Positions 57,721 to 64,000 of a stretch of DNA of 64,000 nucleotides are shown piece after piece; positions within the stretch are counted from its first letter, which is position 1, and each line of letters begins with the position of its first letter. The DNA is from Fibrobacteria bacterium (lineage in GTDB: Bacteria; Fibrobacterota; Fibrobacteria; UBA11236): assembly GCA_041746255.1 (NCBI GenBank), contig JBGTHM010000067.1, forward strand, positions 1 to 64,000. The letters are read 5' to 3'. The position numbers and the translations under genes are program-made. A model generated the notes under the pieces. The model was given only the letters and a program-made list of their open reading frames with translations, was not told where the DNA came from and made no database searches.

Positions 57721-58559
57721 TGGGAAAGTTTTCCTGCACCTGAAAGGCTCCGGCGGTTTTGCCATTGGATGGCGAATTGATTTCGGAGGAAAGACAGAAG
57801 CCTTTCTCTTTTTCCAAAGGGCTTTAACTCGCTGCGAGCATCACGGATAGCCGTCAATAACGATTCCGTCGGTCGTTTTTCATCCAATTCCCAGTGTAAA
57901 TGGAATCCGTTCCGCGCCGCCATGCCCACCTCAGAAGGCAGCGGCAACGGATCGCTTCCAGGCAATACCTTAAGGCCGGGGTTGCGGGAAAAGTGACGTG
58001 GCGTCCCCCAGAAACCCGGCCGACCGCTATTATCTCCCAGAAACAAATGCGGGAAGGTGGCTTTTTCAATGAGGGCGGTAACCAAAGCGCCGCGACGACC
58101 CAGCCATTTACCGACGCCCCAGGGCAGAACGGGAATGGCGCCGCTTTCACGAATACTCGCCAGAGTTGCTTCCGCCGATAATCCATCCGGAATAGCCTGG
58201 GCGGTCCCCAAAGCCAATACTTCCAGCTTCTCAGCCGTATTGATTTGCAAACCGGGCAGCAAAAAAATTTTCCCTTTGCCGGGAGATACCGCCCTGAAGG
58301 AATCGGCTTCTTCCGTCCGATCAAATTTCCAGCGCTTCTGCGCAGCATTTTCCTCACATTCAGAACGTACCCGGTGTATGCCTTTGTCTTTGGCGGATTG
58401 GGTCAGGAACAGAACATAAGTGCCGGCTCCCTGGTCCGTAAGCTGCCTTGCGGCGTCCTGGAAATTTTGCAGCGCATGGTCCAGAAAAAGCTCAAGGTCG
58501 AACAAGTCGTACAGATGGATATGGCTGTCCACAAATACGGTGTTAAGGGAATGAGTCAT
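57717..58559 (-). CDS. PHP/amidohydrolase-like hypothetical protein
   Basis: DSHIH metal-binding-like motif, LEVLALG, PWGVGKW, GSDPLP. Confidence 0.6.
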   Translation of the reverse strand: MTHSLNTVFVDSHIHLYDLFDLELFLDHALQNFQDAARQLTDQGAGTYVLFLTQSAKDKGIHRVRSECEENAAQKRWKFDRTEEADSFRAVSPGKGKIFLLPGLQINTAEKLEVLALGTAQAIPDGLSAEATLASIRESGAIPVLPWGVGKWLGRRGALVTALIEKATFPHLFLGDNSGRPGFWGTPRHFSRNPGLKVLPGSDPLPLPSEVGMAARNGFHLHWELDEKRPTESLLTAIRDARSELKPFGKRERLLSFLRNQFAIQWQNRRSLSGAGKLSQ

Positions 58560-58630
58560 TTTTTCTACCTTACCGGTCGGTCTTATCCTACAATATGCAA
58601 AACCCGCAAAGGATATAAATCTACCTACCC

Positions 58631-59800
58631 ATGCGCATTTTGGTATTAGCTCCCCATCCGTTTTTCCAGGACCGCGGCACTCCCATCGATATGCAATTGG
58701 TTTTGCGCGGACTTTCGGAACGCGGTGAGCAGGTCGACCTCGTGACCTTCAATGAAGGTAGCGACGTGGTTTTGCCGGGCTTAAGCATACACAGAACACC
58801 TAATCTTAAATGGCTGCGGGGAATCCGTCCCGGGTTTTCGGGTAAAAAACTGGTTTGCGATTTTTTCCTCTTCTTTATCGCGCTCCGATTGATTCTGAGG
58901 AAAAAGCCGGGGTGCATCCATGCTTGCGAAGAATCCGTTTTTTTCGCCCTATGTTTCAAATGGATTTTCGGGATTCCCTATATTTACGACCTGGACTCCT
59001 CCATCGCCCAGCAAATGGTCGAACAAAAACCCCGGCTTAAACCTTTGGCCCCCCTTTTCAACTTTATCGAAGGCTTCGCCATTCGCCGGGCACTTATCAA
59101 TCTCCCCGTATGCAATGCTTTGGGCGACATTTGCGCGAACAACCAATCCCCCTTCACCATCGTACTCCACGACATTTCCCAATTGGAAAATCCCGACGCC
59201 GAAACTTCGGATTATGTGAAAAAAGAACTTGGGATTGAAGGAATTGTTTTTCTCTATGTCGGCAATCTGGAGCCTTACCAAGGTGTCGACCTATTGTTGG
59301 AAGGGTTTGCCAAGGCTTATGCGTCGGTTCCCAAGTCCCATGTGGTGATTGTCGGGGGTATACCGGCACATATCCAGGCGGCGCGAGAAAAATGCCTTAC
59401 CCTGGGAATTGCGGAACGTGTTCACTTCCTGGGCCCTCGCCCCTTCTCCGACCTGGAAAAGGTTTTAGGCGGCGGGGACATCCTGGTTTGCCCCCGGATT
59501 CGGGGATTGAATACCCCGATGAAACTTTTCTCTTACTTGCATACGGGAAAGCCCGTGCTGGCGAGCAAGCTCCCCACCCATACGCAAATATTAAAGGGGG
59601 ACGAGGCCTATCTCGCCGATCCCACCCCCGAAGAATTCGGTGCGGCGATTATCGCATTGGCTACCCAACCGGAAGTCCGCTCCCGCATCGGCGCCAAAGG
59701 CCGTGAAATGGTGGAGAAGAATCACGTTTATCACGCGTATAAAACCCGGCTTGATTCGGCTTACGATTATCTTGCCCGCACCTTAGCCGAGAAGGTCTGA
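58631..59800 (+). CDS. GT4 glycosyltransferase
   Basis: APHPFFQDRGTP, YVGNLEPYQGVD, NTPMKLFSY. Confidence 0.9.
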   Translation: MRILVLAPHPFFQDRGTPIDMQLVLRGLSERGEQVDLVTFNEGSDVVLPGLSIHRTPNLKWLRGIRPGFSGKKLVCDFFLFFIALRLILRKKPGCIHACEESVFFALCFKWIFGIPYIYDLDSSIAQQMVEQKPRLKPLAPLFNFIEGFAIRRALINLPVCNALGDICANNQSPFTIVLHDISQLENPDAETSDYVKKELGIEGIVFLYVGNLEPYQGVDLLLEGFAKAYASVPKSHVVIVGGIPAHIQAAREKCLTLGIAERVHFLGPRPFSDLEKVLGGGDILVCPRIRGLNTPMKLFSYLHTGKPVLASKLPTHTQILKGDEAYLADPTPEEFGAAIIALATQPEVRSRIGAKGREMVEKNHVYHAYKTRLDSAYDYLARTLAEKV

Positions 59801-59803
59801 AAG

Positions 59804-60787
59804 ATGGAATCCATCGTTTTAATCGGCGGCGCGGGCTATATTGGCTCGCATACCGCCAAATACCTTTATGGCCAAGGCTACCAGCCCGTGGTCATCGACA
59901 ATTTGTCTTTAGGCCATAAAGAAGCCGTGCAATGGGGACCGCTCGAAATCGGCGATATGACGGATTCCGAATTCCTGCGCCGGGTTTTCCAAACCTATTC
60001 CCCTACCGCCGTAATCCACTTTGCCGCTTTCGCCTATGTGGGTGAATCGGTTACCGACCCCGCCAAATATTACCGCAACAACGTAGCCGGAACCCTGGTT
60101 TTGTTAGACGCCATGCGGGAGGCGGGTATCGATCGGCTCATTTTCTCCTCCACCTGCGCAACCTATGGAGTGCCGCAGCGCATCCCCATCGACGAATCAA
60201 ACCCGCAAAGGCCCATCAACCCCTATGGCAAAACCAAATTGATGGTGGAACAAATCCTGGAAGATTACGATTCCGCTTATGGACTCAAATCGGTGGCGCT
60301 ACGCTATTTCAACGCCGCGGGCGCGGATACTGAAGCCGAAATCGGTGAGGATCACGACCCCGAAACCCACTTGATACCCCTGGTGCTGGAAGCCGCGGCC
60401 GGAAAGCGCGAACATATTTCTGTTTTTGGAACCGACTATTCCACTCGCGACGGAACCTGCGTCCGCGACTATATCCACGTCACCGATTTGGCTCAGGCCC
60501 ACTTTTTGGCTTTGGAATATCTCAAAGAGGGCGGCGCCAGCGATCGTTTCAATTTGGGAAACGGTCTCGGGTTTACCGTTAAAGAAGTCATCGAAACCGC
60601 CGCCCGCATTACCGGGAAATCCATACAGGTCGATTACGCCCCGAGGCGACCCGGCGACCCCCCCGAACTGGTAGGCAGCTCAGACAAGGCTCGCAGCGTG
60701 CTGGGATGGAACCCGCAATTCCCGTCCCTGGAAGTCATATTGGAATCGGCATGGCGGTGGTATGTGAAAAAAAATAGTTCCGCTTGA
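59804..60787 (+). CDS. galE: UDP-glucose 4-epimerase
   Basis: GGAGYIGSH, HFAA-x-x-x-VGES, FSSTCATYG, NPYGKTK, LRYFNAAG, DGTCVRDYIHV. Confidence 0.95.
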   Translation: MESIVLIGGAGYIGSHTAKYLYGQGYQPVVIDNLSLGHKEAVQWGPLEIGDMTDSEFLRRVFQTYSPTAVIHFAAFAYVGESVTDPAKYYRNNVAGTLVLLDAMREAGIDRLIFSSTCATYGVPQRIPIDESNPQRPINPYGKTKLMVEQILEDYDSAYGLKSVALRYFNAAGADTEAEIGEDHDPETHLIPLVLEAAAGKREHISVFGTDYSTRDGTCVRDYIHVTDLAQAHFLALEYLKEGGASDRFNLGNGLGFTVKEVIETAARITGKSIQVDYAPRRPGDPPELVGSSDKARSVLGWNPQFPSLEVILESAWRWYVKKNSSA

Positions 60788-60800
60788 AAGACCATTGATT

Positions 60801-61958
60801 TCAAGTTGTTTTCACTTTTGTCAGGTAATAACCCAGAAACAATAAAATCGCGCAACCCGTAAGGCTGGCCACTTCTTGAAACCAATCGGGCGGCTGTAAG
60901 GCAAAGGTGGTGAAGTTGATCAAATAATCGCCGGCAATACCCAGGCAGAAAATTTGCAGTGACTTGCTGCCGGAACCTACGATAGGCTTTATCCACAATC
61001 GGGGGCGCTCGAATAGCCGACGCGGTAGAAAATAATGGGCGGCGCCGAGCAAGGCCACGAAATTTAGGGCCACCAAAGGGGAGAAGTAATCTTTGTTGCA
61101 AAGCACCTTTATCAAAGGGATGTCGAACCAATACCAACCCCAAGGCTTCAACAGGAAGTCGTGCCATTTGAACAGGAATATCGCCACGAGAATACCCACG
61201 GCTACCCAGGCTTCCCGTTTTCCGATTTTAATCTGGAACTTTCCGCTGCGTAGGCCATGCGCCACCAACACACCGCCGAAAAAAACCGCTTGCCACGCTA
61301 ACGGGTGAAAAGGCCACGAACCCTCGAAGAATCCGAATGCTTGCGGAAATAGGGGGAAACCGGATATTTGCAGAATCTGGGCGGTAAGGTAGCCGAGAGC
61401 AACGACTGCCGCCGGTTTTCTCCAATCCCTGTCAACCCATACCATAAATCGCGGAAGCAACAGTAAAAAAAAGATATACATGGGAAGAATGAAAAAGAAC
61501 TCCGGTAGATAGCTGAATACCGCGAAGCGCACCATGGCCTGCATGGGGTCCTGTAGGAGCAATGCGAACTGGTGGCTTCCGGGAGGCATGGCAAACCGAT
61601 CGAGAAAGGCGGCGAGCGCCAACCCGCAAAACAGAAAAGTCACCCAGTTATAAACGTACAGGGTGATGCATCTTCTCACTATTTTTCTTTGCATGGACTT
61701 AAGTCCATGCTTCTGATAATCCCGTCCATATACCATACAAGCGACGTAGCCTGACAGAAAGAAAAACATCGGCGCCGCGTCCGTGAACCAGAAGAAACCG
61801 AGCGTGACATGTTTCATCCAATTGTAATCGATATGGTCGATGAAAATAATCAACAGCGCCAAACCCCGGAAAAAATCGATCCGGAAGTCGCGTCGGCTGA
61901 GAAGTTCCGGTATGGAATTGGGCGCCGTTTTTGGGTACATATTTAAAGGGGTTCCCAC
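60801..61958 (-). CDS. opgC: OpgC-domain membrane protein (putative glucan succinyl/acyl transferase)
   Basis: RDFRIDFFRGLAL-x-x-IFIDH, DAA-x-x-F-x-FLSG, ILPMY, FHPLAWQ, G-x-x-SL-x-IFC; start may be 61940. Confidence 0.82.
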   Translation of the reverse strand: MGTPLNMYPKTAPNSIPELLSRRDFRIDFFRGLALLIIFIDHIDYNWMKHVTLGFFWFTDAAPMFFFLSGYVACMVYGRDYQKHGLKSMQRKIVRRCITLYVYNWVTFLFCGLALAAFLDRFAMPPGSHQFALLLQDPMQAMVRFAVFSYLPEFFFILPMYIFFLLLLPRFMVWVDRDWRKPAAVVALGYLTAQILQISGFPLFPQAFGFFEGSWPFHPLAWQAVFFGGVLVAHGLRSGKFQIKIGKREAWVAVGILVAIFLFKWHDFLLKPWGWYWFDIPLIKVLCNKDYFSPLVALNFVALLGAAHYFLPRRLFERPRLWIKPIVGSGSKSLQIFCLGIAGDYLINFTTFALQPPDWFQEVASLTGCAILLFLGYYLTKVKTT

Positions 61959-62156
61959 CCTAACTAGACGAGGTTAAAGACCTGGGTCGAATTATACATT
62001 ACCGGCGGAATTTCTTGCGCCGCCTTTTCCCAAACCCTTATTTATTTAAGTCCGGGTTCACCAGTTACAACCCGGCCATGTGAATCCGCATAACCTGCAT
62101 AGGCCGCCTTGCGCATCTTCAGGATTGGGATATGCGGGCCGGCCGGAGGTTCTTTT

Positions 62157-63326
62157 ATGCCCCAAGACAATTGCGCGCTTTGCGGCTCCGGCGACCTTTT
62201 CACCTTTTTCCGGGTGGAAAACCTACCGGTACATTGCGCCATACTCTGGCGCACGCCCGCAGCGGCCCTGGGCTGCCCCAAGGGCAACCTCGCCCTCTAT
62301 CTTTGCCGCCAATGCGGCCTTATCGGCAACGGTGATTTCCGGCCCGAGCTTTTGGAATACTCCGAAGAGTATGACAATTCCCTGCATCATTCGCCTTTAT
62401 ACCAGGACTATGCACGCCAGGAAGGCCAAAGACTTATCGATAAATACCGCCTGCGGGGGAAAACCCTGGTGGAAGTCGGTTGCGGCAAGGGCGACTTTCT
62501 CGCGCTGCTTTGTGAATTGGGAGGCGGTACCGGTATCGGTTTCGACCCCAGTTATGCCGGGAAGTTCAGTGACCGGGAAAAAACCGGGGAACTCACCTTC
62601 ATTCGAGATTTTTTTTCACCCCGATATCGGGAGCCGCAAGGCGATTTCGTCTATTCGCGGCATGTGCTGGAGCATATTCCGCAACCCGTCCCTTTCCTGG
62701 CCCGCTTGCGGGGCGCCATCCGTGAAGGCGGCAGCCTCTACATCGAGGTTCCCAATTCCGCGCCTATGCTCGAGAACCGCGCCGTTTGGGAAATGCTTTA
62801 CGAGCATTGCTCGTATTTCACCGAGCTTTCCCTTTCCAATTGCCTGAGGGCGGCGGGATTCGCACCGCAAAGAATGGAAACCACTTTTGGTGGCATCAAC
62901 CTGACGGCTGAAGCCCTTCCGGTTGAACGCCCGTTGGAATTGTATCCAGAAGACCCCCGACTGCAATCCCTGGAAAATTCGGCTCGCGAACTGGAAGCCG
63001 TTTTCGCGGACAAGGCCGACGGACTCAAAATGAAACTGGATCGTTTCACGCGTGAGGGGAAAAAAGTGGCTGCCTGGGGGGGCGGAGCCCGGGCCACCAC
63101 CCTTATCAATGTGCTGGGATTACGCCAAGAGCTTTATTGCGTAGTCGATCTCAATCCACAGAAACAACGGCGTTTCCTGGGAGGCGGAGGACAGCCCATC
63201 GTGGCGCCTGCGTTTCTCAGGGAGTCGCCTCCCGATGCCGTTCTTATCGTGAATTCCGTTTATGGCGAGGAGATTGTCGGCTTATTGAACGAAATGGATT
63301 TGCATCCGGAGGTGATATACAGCTGA
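62157..63326 (+). CDS. NDP-sugar C-methyltransferase-like class I SAM methyltransferase
   Basis: N-terminal CALC...CRQC zinc motif, VEVGCGKG, RHVLEH, YEHCSYF, WGGGA...VDLNP-x-KQ C-domain; GGAGG RBS. Confidence 0.85.
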   Translation: MPQDNCALCGSGDLFTFFRVENLPVHCAILWRTPAAALGCPKGNLALYLCRQCGLIGNGDFRPELLEYSEEYDNSLHHSPLYQDYARQEGQRLIDKYRLRGKTLVEVGCGKGDFLALLCELGGGTGIGFDPSYAGKFSDREKTGELTFIRDFFSPRYREPQGDFVYSRHVLEHIPQPVPFLARLRGAIREGGSLYIEVPNSAPMLENRAVWEMLYEHCSYFTELSLSNCLRAAGFAPQRMETTFGGINLTAEALPVERPLELYPEDPRLQSLENSARELEAVFADKADGLKMKLDRFTREGKKVAAWGGGARATTLINVLGLRQELYCVVDLNPQKQRRFLGGGGQPIVAPAFLRESPPDAVLIVNSVYGEEIVGLLNEMDLHPEVIYS

Positions 63327-63375
63327 AGTGCCGCTTTTTGGCGTATAAACGATTTCATTTTTACGGGGGTTGGTT

Positions 63376-64000
63376 ATGAAAGTTGTCATTTTCTGCGGCG
63401 GAAGGGGCATGCGCATTCGCGATTATTCCGAATCCGTTCCCAAACCCATGGTTCCCATCGGCTACCGTCCCATTCTCTGGCATGTGATGAAATACTACGC
63501 GCATTTCGGGCATAACGAATTCATTCTTTGCCTGGGATATAAGGCGGATTCCATCAAGAATTATTTCCTTTCCTATAACGAATGCCTCTCCAACGACTTC
63601 GTATTGCAAAACGGAGGCCGCGACTTACAGCTGCTCAACACCGACATCCAGGATTGGAAAATCACCTTCGTGGATACCGGATTGAATGCCAACATCGGGC
63701 AGCGACTGAAAGCGGTGGAGCCGTATGTCAAAGACGATGAGATGTTTTTCGCCAACTATGCGGACGGACTGACCAATTGTCCCCTGCCTACCTTGGTGGA
63801 TCATTTCCGTGAACATGATGCGGTGGCCTCCTTCATGGCCGTCAAGCCCACCCAAAGCTTTCACGTGGTTTCGATGGGTGAGGGATCGTCGGTCGCCGAT
63901 ATCTACCATATCGGCCTCAGCAGCTTCCGTATCAATGGAGGCTATTTCGTTTTGAGTCCCAAGATATTCGACTATATGCGAGCGGGCGAAGAATTGGTGG
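63376..64000 (+). CDS. rfbF: Glucose-1-phosphate cytidylyltransferase (runs off the window end; absent from the ORF track)
   Basis: Hand translation MKVVIFCGGRGMRIRDYSESVPKPMVPIGYRPILWHVMKYYAHFG...VDTG...NYADGL...INGGYF. Confidence 0.92.
   Translation, partial: MKVVIFCGGRGMRIRDYSESVPKPMVPIGYRPILWHVMKYYAHFGHNEFILCLGYKADSIKNYFLSYNECLSNDFVLQNGGRDLQLLNTDIQDWKITFVDTGLNANIGQRLKAVEPYVKDDEMFFANYADGLTNCPLPTLVDHFREHDAVASFMAVKPTQSFHVVSMGEGSSVADIYHIGLSSFRINGGYFVLSPKIFDYMRAGEELV

Noticed and set aside
1..64000. CRISPR arrays, tRNA/rRNA genes, transposases, PEP-CTERM tails
   Set aside because: None recognised by eye; a computational scan would be needed to exclude them fully

Overview
64 kb of bacterial DNA with no rRNA, tRNA, CRISPR array or intact transposase visible. 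It is dominated by a large, strand-switching surface-polysaccharide/glycosylation region. That region encodes six or seven GT4 and four GT2 glycosyltransferases, a GT-C transferase, a Wzx flippase, an O-antigen-ligase/Wzy-like protein, AsnB, GalE, a partial RfbF, a C-methyltransferase, OpgC, a deacetylase, two hexapeptide acyltransferases, FkbH plus ACP, and a MaoC-SDR fusion. Several of these resemble exosortase-A/PEP-CTERM-associated families, but no exosortase or PEP-CTERM target is visible. Nine large secreted proteins are interleaved: a diheme cytochrome c/beta-propeller pair, a GH5, a PQQ sugar dehydrogenase, three paralogues of an uncharacterised glycosidase-like family, and two multidomain Ig/FN3 proteins. 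Most carry FlgD/T9SS-like terminal modules of the style I associate with Fibrobacterota (inference). Best leads: (1) a split FkbH-ACP + MaoC-SDR pathway, possibly making lactyl- or glyceryl-ACP for glycan acylation, whose two operons share a duplicated promoter-like motif; (2) the triple paralogous glycosidase-like cluster; (3) the secreted diheme/propeller pair; (4) an AAA ATPase gene bracketed by a duplicated asnB 3' end; (5) two antitoxin-like genes preceded by degenerate toxin remnants. All family assignments come from motif recognition, not database searches.
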